DNA of 63,981 nt, filler included, from Reclinomonas americana ATCC 50394 (GCA_048213135.1; 4 parts of 3 records of this genome joined end to end with filler, not necessarily neighbours in it); one strand, 5' to 3'. Numbered from the whole stretch's first letter, positions 51,501-63,981 are shown. The notes: generated from the sequence alone by a model not told the origin. Made by a program: numbers and translations.

Positions 51501-54500
51501 AAGGCAAGTTTACACACACTCGACATGTTCTCCACCAACCGCGCTTCTGACACGATGTCACGCAACAGTACATTGGCTCGGACCGCTACGAGGACCTCAC
51601 GATGCTCCCAACGGACGTCGGTGCGTCGCTGTTTCTCGCTTTGTTCCCATCCGCCAAATCTGCGACTCATTCACCACGTTTGCCACACCTGCAGCTCAAT
51701 TCACCAGTTTGTCAAAGCAGTCGTTTGCCGCCAAGTCGGTCACCGACAAGATCACCATCAGGTCGAATGTCTTCCAGACCGAGTCCAGCGTCAGCGGCTC
51801 GTTCATTATCATCGCCAACACGGCTCAGTGCACGCCCACCGCGTCCGCACCGTCCGGCGTCAATCCGGGCACGATGAACATCATCTCGGCGACCGACGGT
51901 GTCGCCAACCTGTCGTACTCGGCTGCCGACTCTGGCCAGTTCCGACTGTGCTACCGCACTGGCGCCACCGACCCCGCAGTTGTCGACGTTCAGGGCGGTT
52001 TCTTCCAGGTCAATGGTGATGTCGCCAAGCCGCCGGAGGGCTCGATTCGCGGATTCGCGGTGGGTTTCCGCAAGTTCCGGTGAGTGCACACAATTTCCTG
52101 CCTCTGCGCGTCGCCAGCGTTATGCTAATCTTGTGCGGCAATTGCAGCATTGAGTGGACAGTTCCGCAAAGCTCGGACGCTGGAGTGGCGCCAAGTGATT
52201 TCAGCCTGTCGTTCCGCCAGTTCGGAGGGACAGCGCAGACCGCCATGGTCAGCAATGCATCGTTTTACGAATCGACACCTTTTGCTCCGGTACGCCATCA
52301 CATGCAGCGACTATTTCTCTGCAATCAACACTAACGCGAAACTGTGCAACAGTCGCTGGACCAACGCAAGATCACGGAAATCAAGATCACCGCGTTGAAC
52401 GGATCACTGAAGAGCCAGAGTGTGACTGTGCCGGATATCATTATTCCGGGTCTGAGCCAGCCGCAAGATGTCGCCTTTTCTGACGTGAGTGTCACACGCT
52501 TCATAATGCCTCATTCTTGTCAATGTGCGTCTCACAACAAACAAAATGTGCAGGGTTCTCGCGCCGGCCACACCATCATTCAAGTGATTTTCCCGGGTGG
52601 TGGAACCGCCGCCGGCGCCGGTCAACAGGGCCCGAGTAGTGGAACCGCTGCCGGTCAACAGGGCACGCAGACCAACCCCGACACTGCCAACATGCAGTGG
52701 AAGCTGGTGGTCGGCACCAGTGCCTCAACCGCAGCTGCCGACTCGAGCGCCGCAGCAGCTGGAAATGCGCAGGCCACTCTTACTGCCACGTTTAACACTC
52801 CCGACGCCAGCAGTTCGCTGTCGCGCCCCAACGGTTTCCTCGTCGACGTGCTCGACTCTGCGTGGGTTGGCCCGGTGCCAGGTACGATTGCGTCAGGCGA
52901 TGCAGGCATGACACGGACATGCACTCACCTCAATTGTACGCAGTCGCCACGTTGAAGATGAACAATGCCCAGCTGACGAGCCTGAAGCTGACGTACACGC
53001 TGGACGGCATCGAGTCGCCAGCCGTCTTCAAGCAGGTGAATGTCAAGCCGCCGACGGAGACCATTGCGGCTCCAGTGGCTCCAACGAATGGCCTCCTAAC
53101 TCCCGACGGCAACGGCATTCGCGTCTCGTGCGTGCTGTTTCCGCCATGTTTTCTTCATGTTTCGTGGACTGTGTCTGATTGTTCATCGGCAGGTGGACAC
53201 CGCCTTCGGCCGATCTGTCGGGCGGTGCTGCTGTGACGGGCTTCAAAGTGTCGCTGTCGATGACGCTCGGCACCACGCAGGCGGTGGAGCGTGTGCGCTT
53301 TGTGGACGGTGCCAACACTTCGTCTACATTGATCGACAAGGTCATTCCGGGCGCCGACGCCGTGCTGCGCATCTGGTCCACCAACTCGCAGGCGCAGTCC
53401 ACCACGCCATTTGAGCTGCGGACGTCGATTTCGAATGCCTGTTGCGTCATATGCCTGTTTGCATTCGCTTCTCCCCGGTCATTTATTTTGTCGCTCACGG
53501 CTCTTCAACGCCAGTGCCTCCGCAACCTGCCGGTCTCAGCCTGCTGTTCGACAAGGGCTCCGTCAAGTTCCAGTTCACCACGCCTGCAGACGGCACCAAC
53601 ATGGCGTACGCGTACTCGGCCACCATGTTGCGTCTAGATAAATCTACATTTGTCGACACCCTACATGGACTCACCTTCGCATCACTACAACAGCGATGGC
53701 TCCTCGACACCGTTCGACACCAAGGACTTTACCGATGTGATGCCCAAGCAGACTGTGACCATTCCGTGGTCCTCGATGCAGTTGGGAACGTGGAGCAAGT
53801 TGGCAGTGACGGCCAAGCTGCGCAACTCATCGGGCGTTCGCGAAGCCACCCTCAATCTGAACAACTTGGCGAACCTGTTCAACACTCCATCGACTGGTGG
53901 CAGCAACAATGGCACCGGCACTGGCAACGGCAACGGCACCGGCACTGGTACTGGCTCAGGCAACAACACTTCCAATCAACCAGCGCCCACGATCGACAGT
54001 TTCGTAGTTTTTTAAATGTTGGTGCTTGCAGTGCGTATGTCGATCACTTACTCATTTCCCCTGTAGAGCAACAAGTGCTCGATCTGTCACTCGGCAGCAC
54101 CGACGCCAACGGTACACCCGGTGCCATTGATGGTCTGAAGGGTGTGGTTGGCGCTGGCTGCAAGGATCGAGTCGGAGCGGAGTGCTCGCAGATTGCCATC
54201 GCCAACCGCAGCGACAATGTGAGTGGTATTGGCTTGCTCCTGTGTCACATTCTCTCTTACCCTCACCCCTCTCTCGTCGTCGCAGTCGATTGTGGTGGCC
54301 AACGCCACCGGTGACTCGACGGATCTTCCGACCCTGACCATGGTCATCAAACGTTGCGTACATGTGAGAGGAATGTGTAGTTAAATCGACCGCCACTCAC
54401 TCACGTATCTGCTCGCAGCATCGGATTACTTCCTGATCACCGACCCGAACGCCAAGTTCGGACTGTTCTACCAGACTGGTTCGGGCTCGTCGTCGTCGTC

Positions 54501-55218
54501 GTCGTCGTCAAACTCCAGCAGCAGTGGTTCTGGCTCTAGCTCTGGATCTGGTTCTGGTGCTGCCAGCGGCACTGGTGCTGCATCTGGAAACGGCACTCGC
54601 GCGCTTCGTCTGCTGGATGCCGACGGCCTCGACTACTCGTTCCGCGATCTGCAGACGGCTTCCAGCGGTTGCCCGTCGACGGATCAGGTCAATACATACG
54701 ACGCCAGCTCCCAGACGCTGACCACCACCGTGTGTCAGGCCGGTGCACTGGTTGTGCTGCAGATTGCCGGCAATCCAGGTTGGTGTCTCTCGCGACATCG
54801 TGAGAGCATTTTTTCAGTTGTTGAGTCTCATCGCCCACACGAATGTGCAGGATCAAGCGGTCGCTCGATGTGGGTGTGGCTCGGCCCGGTGATCGGTGGC
54901 ATTGTGGTTGTCATCAGCCTGCTGGTGGTGATCCTGGTGATCATGGTGCGCCGCCGTCGCTCCCCAGTCAAGTCCATCAACACCGATCTGCCCGCCGGCG
55001 GCAAGGCCACCGCTCGGGTCAAGAACAGCCCCACCAACAACCGCCCCGACAGCCGCCAGAGCAGCAGCAGTGCTGACTCGATGGTGGACGGCGAGGACAT
55101 GGCTCCATCGTGGAAGAAGGACGACCACGACGTGGAGATGGGCAAGCCGCAAGCACCAGCAGCGCCCACTGTGGGCACCGCTGGCAACTTCTTGGGCGCT
55201 CACTCGGGCGCCGCCTGA
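45501..55218 (+). CDS. Giant type I membrane protein: signal peptide, 2x (cadherin-like + NHL propeller), Cys-pair repeats, FN3-like domains, TM, short tail
   Basis: Signal MTGIRHATAVFALLVMMHALLAL; cadherin-like 'PTDIALS...VGQLSSTDADQNDTFTYTLSGADAALFEI' and 'PTDIKL...VGVLTATDPDPNDTFTFAI'; many NHL repeats (YIADTANNRI, IADTGNHRL, VDSGNHVV); FN3-like 'IEWTVP', 'VSWTPP'; TM 'WLGPVIGGIVVVISLLVVILVIMV' then RRRR; over 30 introns that join in frame. Confidence 0.88.
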
Positions 55219-55523
55219 GGATAGAAAAAGAATCGTGCGATTCTCTTTGCAGTGAGGTGAGCACGAAAACACAACAGAACTGCCTGCTAGCCGTCGTCGT
55301 CGATGACTAACCGGTGCCTGTGCTCGTGCAGATGAAAAAGAACCACCGGTGGCTCTCTCCAGGATGGGGGAGCACTGGAGGAGGGAGAAAAAAACACTGT
55401 AGTGAATCGCATGACGCATCGGAAAGAAAGCACGCCTCGCATCCACTTCAGCAACACAAAAGCAGAAGAAAAGAGAAAAACTGGTCTCAAATTTTCCGAT
55501 CCTCTCCTTCCCCTCCCCACGCC

Positions 55524-56634
55524 ATGGCAAGTGCCGGTCTCTCCACGCGCATTCTTCACGCATTCGCCGCGGTCCACGATGACGAAGATGCAGCAGCGGC
55601 ACAGTGGGACGACGACGACTTTGATGAAGAAGAAGGGGAAGAGTACGATCCACTGCAGGCACTGGCCGAGGCAGAGGCCGAAGAGGCCGACGAAGAGTAC
55701 GCATACGCTGTAGCAGCAGCAGGAGGAGGAGGAGGAGGAGGAGGCTCATCGTCGTCTGTAGCACACCCGCAGGAGTCGGCAATCACCGAGACGCAGTTGC
55801 TGCGCATGCTGGATGCAGTGCACGATCCGCATCTCGGTGCGTCCTCTCTTCCCTTCTCTTCCCTCCCTTCCTCTCTCACATGCTCGCTGCGCAGTGTGCG
55901 TGAACGCCTTCACACGCGACCATCCACCTGCACCGTCGTCGACATCAATCATCTCCGACGCGCACGTGAGCGAGTTGCGCGAACGCGGCTACACAGTGGT
56001 GGACGATGCAGTGTCGGCCGAGGTGATTGCAGAGATGCGTGCGGTGGCGATGCACTTGCGCGACAGCGGCCGTCTGCAGCCTCCACGCGCGAAAGCAGCG
56101 GGCGATCATGTTGGCGAGGACGAGGCCGCTGATGATCCGTATCGCGATGCGACCGCGCGCGACGATGTCATGTGCTGGCTCGAGGATCACAATGAGAGCG
56201 ACGAGGCAGTGCGGCTGCTGGCGCCGGTGTTGCGGGTGCTGGCCGATGTGCGACTGGAGATGGGACGGGTGCTGCGACTGCGCGGACACCACGAGATCCA
56301 GCTGGCGCTGTACGAGTACGACGAAGGGAGGACGAGTCATGCGCCGCGGTACGAGCGGCATCGTGATGCCATGCCGAGTGTGGGCGACGAGCACGACGAG
56401 GAGGACTTTGTGCAACGCCGGCTGACGGCGATTGTGTACTTGGGCGACCACACGGCGTTGCAGGGCAGCGGCAAGCTGCGGCTGTACCTGTCACCGGCGC
56501 AGGGCGGTGGCGAGGTGGATGTGGAGCCAGTGGCCGGTCGACTGCTGCTCTTTCTCAGTGGAGCGGTGGACCACGAGGTGCTGGCCGTCACCGCGGGATC
56601 GGCACCGCGGATAGCCATCACCAGCTGGATGTGA
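55524..56634 (+). CDS. 2OG-Fe(II) oxygenase, EGLN/PHD (prolyl hydroxylase)-like, acidic N-terminus
   Basis: 'RDDVMCWL', 'QLALY', 'YERHRD', 'RRLTAIVYL', 'GKLRLY', 'PVAGRLLLFLS...HEVL...RIAITSW' give the HxD...H triad and the 2OG-binding Arg; one intron. Confidence 0.88.
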
Positions 56635-56849
56635 ACGGACGATGGACGATGATGCCATCCATATATACAATAATGAAAGCAAGCGATACAATTGTTCATC
56701 AGTTTTTCTCCCATCACATCAAACACACACAAAAACAAAACACCATCTCTCCTGTTGCCGCGCATGACATGACTACGACGCTGTGCACAGAGAAGAGAGA
56801 GAGAGACAATGAGCAACTGGCAGACAATACATGCCAAAAACCTACACCA

Positions 56850-58327
56850 TCACTCACCATCCAACAACAAGGCAGTGCCGGCCAGAACCCATTTCGCCGC
56901 CTTTGCCTTGGTCTTCAGATTGGCGGTGCACACGTAGGTGGCACCGCGTTCTTGTGTCTTGTACACCGGGCACATGTACGAGTCCTTGAAGTCGGCCGCA
57001 TCCACAAACACAGCTCGCGCGTGGATCACCGGCATTGCGGGCGCCAGCTCTGTTCAGCAGCAACACAAAACAGTGAGACACACATTGACTCCGCCTTGGT
57101 TTCTCAATCTCGCTCACTCACCCTTCAGAGTCGCATCCTCCAGTACACCACCGGCCAGATCCCAGCCGGCGCCTTGCAGGAACAGACCGTGCACGTACCA
57201 GCCCTCACGAGCCGCGCTCTCAATCTGGTCCACTTGCTTCTTCGTGACATCGGTCACCAGAATCATCTTGTCCAGCGGCAGCTTCTGACGGCGAGCCGTC
57301 ACTTGCAGCACGGCCGTGACGAACGACTGCGGATTGAAGAAGCCCGGCAGCCATACGACCTTGGGCATCGCCAACTCGTTCACCCAGTCGGCCAGTTGTG
57401 TGTGGCGAGCATGCAAATCGATCACCCACATGCCGAGCGGACGCAGCGAGGCATACGCCACCGACTCCCACGACTCCGGAATGCGGTCCAGGTACAGCGA
57501 GTTCATCAGCTTCTCCATCTTCTCCGACATGGTCAGTTCGCCCTGTGGAGTGGAGAAGTGTAAGTCACTGGCAGATTCACACATACTATTCTTCTCTTCT
57601 ATGCAACGAACCGAAAGACCCATGGCCAGCTCATCCAGCGACCTCCTCATCTCGCTCAGCAGCTTGTTCATGCGTTCGCACTCTTGCATGAACACATTCT
57701 GGTACGGGTCGCGCTCCTCCAGGCGCTCGGCCAGCTCCAGCATGTTGAACTGCGGTGGCAGGCCTTCGTTGATCTCGGTGAGAATGTCGCGCGTCTTGTC
57801 GACGACGCTGATGCCGCCACTGGAGCTGCCACCGCGCGGCTGCAGTTCCATAATGTTGCGGAAGAGGTTCTCGCCCTGCGTCGTGCGGAAACCGATTTCG
57901 GCATTCGGCGGCAAGCCAAAGGCCTTCGGGGTCTCCTGCGCCAGCTCCACATCAATGTGCTCGCGGAACTCGGCCATGGTGGCCGTCGCGGGTGCGGGTG
58001 GCGAGAAGCCCTCGAAGAACTGCATGCTGCCGTCCACCAACTCGGAGCGAATGTACTCCTGCAAACCAGCACCACGCCACGTAAGTCATTCCGTCTCTGC
58101 GCATCTCTTTTTCCCACCCTCCTCCTCTTCTTCAGCAGCTCACCGTCAGGTAGGTCATGCACAGACGGCGATCCCAGTCGTCGGTAATGTGACCGCCGTA
58201 CATGATTTCGCCGAAAATGTATCTGAGATCCTCCCACGGCACTGGCCGCTCATCGAGGTAGTTGTTGACGACGGCCACGCAAGTGGTCAGATCACCAAAG
58301 TTGAACGGATAGCTGCGGTTCCAGCCC
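56850..58327 (-). CDS. Axonemal outer-arm dynein heavy chain, C-terminal part (AAA6 to end)
   Basis: '[10 protein letters not shown]', '[25 protein letters not shown]', '[11 protein letters not shown]', 'QECERMN', '[17 protein letters not shown]', '[21 protein letters not shown]...[11 protein letters not shown]' (DNAH9/11/17 type). Confidence 0.95.
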
Positions 58328-58409
58328 TGTCACCAAAACACACACAAAAGTAAGTCACCAAGCAGNNNNNNNNNNNNNNNNNNNNNNNNNNNNNNNNNNN
58401 NNNNNNNNN

Positions 58410-58421
58410 TTAATTAATTAA
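58410..58421. other. Artificial contig linker
   Basis: TTAATTAATTAA inside an N run. Confidence 0.95.
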
Positions 58422-58465
58422 NNNNNNNNNNNNNNNNNNNNNNNNNNNNNNNNNNNNNNNNNNNN

Positions 58466-61400
58466 GACCCAGATCCTTGGTCGTCTCCGTCTTGCCCGTA
58501 CCGGCGGGACCGGCAGGCGCACCACCCTGTTGTTGTGGGGGGAAAAGAAAGAAAGAGTGAGCTGCCGAAAGAAAAGTAACACTCTTCCACAAACAAACGG
58601 TTGACACACCTGCACCAAGCGCAGCGCCTGCGTCAGGGTAATGTAGCAGCGATCGGTCAGCGGCGTAATGACCAGGCAACCGCAGTTGCCAATGTACTCG
58701 TAGCCGTAGCGGAACTCGGCATCGGCCACCATGATGGTGCACTCGCGCAACTCATCATCCCAGGCCATGCGCAGCTGCGACTGCCACGCAAACACCAAGT
58801 GGTTCTCGGCGGCGTTGGTCACCAAGCTGGTGACCACATCACGAGCGTGCACCTCAATGGTGATCAGAGTGATGATCTTGCGGCGCTCGTCGCCAGTAAG
58901 CTCGCCACGGACCAGCGTGGCCAGCTTGCTCAGGTTCTCCACCTGCTGCTTGTTGTAGTCGCGGACGGCGTTGGCGTTGCCCTCCTCCTTCATGCCGAAC
59001 GCATTGTCGACATCGCGTGTCCACCAAATGCGCGACACAGCAGTGACAATCTGCGCCGGGTACGACTCCAGCCACGAGGCGAGGGCGGCCTCACGCTCGG
59101 GCTCGGCGTACGAAGTGGCGGCATCGGCCAGAATCTGGCGCAGTGTGTCGGCAATGTGCGCAATCAGGCCGTTCAGCCAGTCCTCGACAGCTCCCTCGCA
59201 GTTGAACGGGCTGCGGAACATGACCTGTGACAAAGGCAGAGAGAGTGGAGTGCATGAGTGACGACAGTTAAGCACACCACGGTCCCTCCACCATCACACC
59301 GGTACACACCTCTTCGCCTTCCTTGGAGATCATGCCAATGGCGATCTTGGACGGCTCGGCGCCCTCCGGCACCGACTGGAAGATGAGCGTGTCGAGCGAG
59401 TCGACGAGCTTGCCGATGTGGCGCATAATGAGGTGCGGCGTGCTGCCCTTGGACAGAATGTCGACCAGATCGGCAGGCGACACAAAGTAGAAGCGCGGGA
59501 AGATCTTGCGCTTCGTCTCCAGGTAGTCGGCCAAGGCCTTCTCGCACTTCTCCAACTCCGCCTCCATCTCGCGCAGCAGGGTCATAAAGTCCTTGCTCGA
59601 GTTCATCTTGCGCTGAATGGTGTCCTCGGCACAGGCCTCGACGACGTTGGTGACGCTCTTGGCCTGCTGCATAATGTCGCGGAACACGCGATCAATGCCT
59701 TCGAATCGGCGCGAGTCCTCGGGCAATTGCTCACTGCACACGCATGAAAAGAGGAGAGTCAGTGACGCGGTCGACCGCAGCGACGACAATAGCAGACACA
59801 CAAACCGAATATCGGCCGACAGCACGAAAATGGGGTACAGGTTGGACCACTTGCCCTGCACGTTGGTCCACAGGCGAATGCCCTCGTCGACAGCGCCGAC
59901 AATGTTGGACCACTTGGTCACCTCCTTCTCGAAGAACTCGACATTGCGGCTGCCAGCCATGCCTTGCAGCATCATCTACAAAACGCCAAGGGGGTCAGTC
60001 AGGGCAAAAAAGAATGCGGTCACTTGCACTATGCTGCGGCGCCGACGCAACTTGATGCTCCTCGACGGCCTCCATGATTTCGTCCGAGAGCTTCATGAGG
60101 TGCACCTTGAGCTCATCGCTCTCTTCGTACTCGAAGACGAGGATGGCCCACGCGTCCTTGATCTTTTGCAGATTCTTCTCAATGGCCAGCTCCTTCATGG
60201 CCTTGTCGACAATCGTCGACACCTCCTCCACGTACTCGTGCAGGCCCAGGTCGATGAGTTGCTGCAGGCAAAAGTCGTCGGCATCCGGGTTGATGGCTGC
60301 AGGAGGCGAGGCGAGTGAGAAGGGAGGGTGGAAACGGAGGCAAGAGGGAGACTATTGGAGCGCAACTGCCAGTCTTGTTGGTCTCGGTCAGCAGCTGCTT
60401 CCAGTGGCGCGCTCGCATTGCGGGGTTGCGCAGATCGGAAATCAGCGGCAGGGCGGTGAGCATGTTCTGCACCTCCGCGTCGAGGCCGTTGTAGACGTTG
60501 TAGCTCTTGATCTCCTTGTTGAAGGCGCGCATCAGCAGTTGCAGCTTGCGCGTCTCCTCCGTCAGCGAGTCGACCTCCACATTCTTGAACGCGGTGAGCA
60601 TCCACGAGTCGAACTGGTTCTTGACCAGCGCCGACATGTCCCACACTTGCTTGAGGTTGACCAGATCCGAGCGGCACATCTGCGCCAGACAGAAAAAGAT
60701 AGGGTGAGAAAAAGAAGAGAAAAGTGGAAGGGGCAGGATGACACACACCTTGAGCGAGCGGAAGTCGGTGGGCGACAGACCAAAGAGGCCCTGCAGGTTC
60801 TTCAGCTCCTCATTCTCGCGCTCCATGCGCACCAATTGCTGTTGCTGCACGTCGAGAGCATCGTAGGCCCTGTCGACGCCGACATTCCAGTCGAACGGTG
60901 CGTCCTGCTCGAACTTGCGGCGGAACGCCGTGACCTTTTCGGCAAACACATCCACCGACACCTTGATCTTCTCCGCCTCCTTGTCCTGCAGCGGGCTGAG
61001 CTCGGCACGCTTGTTCAGCACGCGAGTCTTCAGCTTGTTCCACTGCTGCGGGTAGTTCTCCAGTTGCGTGTACACCACGTCGGGCACGGGCGAGTTGCAC
61101 TTTTTCAAGAAATTGACTGCACACCACCAACCAACCATTCCATCAGTATCACCACCATATCCACACTCCTCGTGAAAAAAGAAAAAAAACTCACCAATAT
61201 TCTTCAGCGGCTCCCACATGGTCTCAATCGCCTCCTCGCGCTTGAGCACCTGGCGAATGTGACCCATGACCTCCTTCAACACGGCGAGGTTGTTGTCGGG
61301 CACGTCGACAGAGATGCCGCGGCTGACGGTCTCCATGAACTCGGCCAGCTCGTCGAGCGTGTTCTGCACGCGGCTCGACAAGTGCTCGGTGTAGTCGGCA

Positions 61401-62127
61401 CGCCACTTGGCACACAGAGTGGCCAGTGTGCTCTTCAGCGGCGAGGCATCCACGCGCAGCCAGCCAATGTCGGTGGCCTTCTTGAGGACGTGAATCTGCT
61501 TGAGCAGGCCCTCGTAGTGCGCAATCTTCTCCTCAAACGCCTCCAGCGACGGCTCCTCCGAGTTTGGTGACTCCTTCGGCGCCGTCTCGTAAAACTCCTG
61601 GAAGCTCTCCTCGTCGTTCTTGATCCACAAGAAGGAGAACTGAATGAAGGAGGAGCGGAAGGCCTTGCACTGCCCAATGTTGGTGTCGAGCAGGCGTTGA
61701 ATGTCGCTCGTCAACTTTTGAATGGCGGCATCGGTCTCCACCTCCGGCAGATAGTCGCCCTCGCCCGTGTCGAGGCGGCTGCCCAGCAGAGTGGCCACAT
61801 GGCGGAAATCGTCCAGCCAGCTCAGCACACGACCCTGCACACTCGGCTTGCCGTCACCTGCGATGAACACAAGGTAAAGGGTGGAAGGTGAGCAAAAGTG
61901 ATGCTAATGAAGGGAAAAGGAAAGGGGGAAGAAAATGCACGCACGATACTCTTGCACGTAGGGTGCAAACTCGGCAAAGTCCTCGTTCGGCTCCGTGTCG
62001 ACCTGCGCGTCGTAGCGCAGCGTCACCTCCAGCACCGGACCCGACTCGTCCAGCTTGCCCGACGCCGGGTCAAGAATGGCGCACAGCGTCGTCAATGAGG
62101 TGGCAATGGTGCGACACAGGCCCTCCA
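58466..62127 (-). CDS. Axonemal dynein heavy chain, tail/linker to AAA1
   Basis: 'GWLRVDASPLK', 'LRNPAMRARHW', 'KALADYLETKRKIFPRFYFVS', 'YGYEYIGNCGCLVITPLTDRCYITL', P-loop 'GPAGTGKTETTKDLG'. Confidence 0.96.
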
Positions 62128-62171
62128 NNNNNNNNNNNNNNNNNNNNNNNNNNNNNNNNNNNNNNNNNNNN

Positions 62172-62183
62172 TTAATTAATTAA
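62172..62183. other. Artificial contig linker
   Basis: TTAATTAATTAA inside an N run. Confidence 0.95.
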
Positions 62184-62339
62184 NNNNNNNNNNNNNNNNN
62201 NNNNNNNNNNNNNNNNNNNNNNNNNNNCGAAGCAAGAGAGACAACGGAAGATTGAAAGACGAGTGAAAGGAGTGATAGAGCACGAGGAAATGAGGCAGAA
62301 CGAAAGAACGATGAGGACAAAGAGGGGAGAGCGCGTGTG

Positions 62340-63150
62340 TGTGGCAGAGGAAGAGAGGAATCAAGAAGCACGTGAAAAGAGTGCGAGAGTGAGAGAAGAA
62401 TGCGAATGGAACAGAGGAAAGGTCGAGAAGCGAGCGAGTGAGAAGCACGATAGAGAGAGACTGGGTAAGAGTGAGTATGTGGTTGAAGAAGAGAGGAAGA
62501 GAGGAATCAAGAAGCATGTGACAGAGAGAGAGAGAGAGAAAGAAAGAAGAAGAGAGAGAGAGAGAGTAAGAGCACATGACAACGGAATGGAGAAAGATGT
62601 TGACGGAGCGAGCGATTGGGAAGCAGGATGGAGAGAGAAGGAGTAAGAGTGAGTATGTTGTCGAAGAGAGGAATCAAGAAGCATGTGATAGAGATAGAGA
62701 GCACATGAGAACGGAATGGAGGAAGATGTTGACAGAGCGAGCGAGTGGGAAGCAGGATGGAGAGAGAGGGGATAAGAGTGAGTATGTGGTTGAAGAAGAA
62801 AGGAAGAGAGGAATCAAGAAGCATGTGAAAGAGTGAGAGAGTGAGAGCAGAATGAGAATGGAACAGAGGAAAGGTTGAGGAGCGAGCAATTGGGAAGCAG
62901 GATGGAGAGAGAGAGAGGGGTAAGAGTTAATGTGTGGTTGAAGAAGAGGAATCAAGAAGCATGTGGCAGAGTGAGAGAGTGAGAGAAAGAGCACATGACA
63001 ACGGAATGGAGAAATATGTTGACGGAGCGAGCGAGTGGGGAGCAGGATGGAGTGAGAGGGGGGTAAGAGTGAGTATGTGGTTGAAGAACAGAGGAAGAGA
63101 GGAATCAAGAAGCATGTGACAGAGTGAGAGAAAGAGAGAAAGAGCACATG
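62340..63150. repeat. ~140-170 bp purine-rich tandem repeat, 5-6 copies
   Basis: GAGGAATCAAGAAGCA recurs near 62355, 62500, 62668, 62808, 62946 and 63099, with AGCACATGA, GGAAGCAGGATGGAGAGA and TAAGAGTGAGTATGTGGTTGAAGAA in between. Confidence 0.9.
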
Positions 63151-63476
63151 AGAACAGAATGGAGGAAGCGAGCGAGAGGAGGCGGGAGAGTGACAGAAAG
63201 TGACGAAACGAATGAAACAAAACTAGAAGCAAGAAGAGTGAAAGGAACCGAGAGCGTGAGGGACAAAGCAGGAGGAGAAATGACGGAGTGACAGAGAACA
63301 AGCAGCGCAAGAAAAGAGAGCTAGAGAGTGAGAAAGTCGGAGACCAACAATGAGACGCAGTGAGTGAGTATATAAGAGAGAGAGAGAGAGGAAGAGAGCA
63401 AGCCAGATGTAGATAAAACAAGAGAGTGAAAAGGAAACTATTCCATATATCTTTGCTTAGTAACCCCTCTCTGCAG

Positions 63477-63828
63477 GACCCGCGGCTGGTTCGACGGCGC
63501 TGGTCGCCACTGGGGCATCGACGGCGTGGTGATGCTGGAGGAGCGACCGGCGCTGACTGTCGTGCCGTCGCGCTTCGAGTTGGATGCTGGCGCGTCGCCC
63601 GCCTCGAGTGCAACGAACTTGCACGTGGCCACGTGTCCCGTGTGCCGCCTGCCGCTGTCGCAGCGACTGCGCGAGTCGCCGAGCTTGTGGATCTCGCCGG
63701 CGGGTGTGGCTGTGCATGCGGAGTGCGCCACTGGGTTTTATCGGCCGACGGCGGTGCCGAGTGAGTGGCCGCCGCGGTCTGCGTTGCAGTGGCTGGGTGG
63801 GAATGGTGCAGGTGCGGGGGCGAGGTGA
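63477..63828 (+). CDS. Terminal exon with CxxC...HxxC zinc finger (Vps39/TGFBRAP1 C-terminal-like)
   Basis: Acceptor CTGCAG at 63476; 'TCPVCRLPL...LWISPAGVAVHAEC'; stop at 63826-63828. Confidence 0.5.
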
Positions 63829-63981
63829 TTGTTGGTGTGGGGTGGATATCTACGTGGTAAATGTGGTTCTATTGTGTTACCGGGAGTGAGGGAGTCTGTG
63901 AGAGCAGGAGTTAGAGAGGAGCACGTCTGTTACTCTGAAGAGATGCTGCAGTTATGATCTTTTGTGCCTCTCTCTCTCTCT

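Noticed and set aside
56850-62127. Apparently short dynein lacking AAA2-AAA5 and stalk
   Set aside because: The missing part coincides with the artificial linker; this is unassembled sequence, not a mini-dynein.
62340-63150. Regular repeat as CRISPR or coding repeat
   Set aside because: The whole unit is repeated, lengths vary through (GA)n slippage and frames are not kept; it is a minisatellite.

Overview
Gap-rich draft genome of an intron-rich, flagellated microbial eukaryote. It is not one contiguous locus: N-flanked TTAATTAATTAA linkers at 27849, 58410 and 62172 join separate contigs, and there is a TACG flow-order artefact typical of pyrosequencing. Genes I can reconstruct: TmcB/C-like membrane protein, MMACHC/CblC, RNPS1 (middle contig apparently inverted), prefoldin 6, Yae1, a small His-rich CaaX protein, polyubiquitin, an LRR-WW protein, class III ADH with a mitochondrial-type presequence, adenylate kinase, an RP2/TBCC + clathrin light chain fusion, ARMC1-like, GGCT/AIG2, SnoaL/NTF2, a 4-TM protein, a ~9.7 kb cadherin-NHL-FN3 single-pass receptor, an EGLN-type 2OG-Fe(II) oxygenase, two pieces of an outer-arm dynein heavy chain and a Vps39-type zinc finger. 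The strongest unexplained signal is a second, abundant class of 5' splice site. About 18 introns start GTTGCG(T) (variants GTTGAGT, GTTTCGT), i.e. the ordinary donor with one extra T, and in every case I read the last exon base is not G. This fits a shifted U1 pairing register used as a major donor class. All family calls come from recognising motifs by eye; no searches were run.
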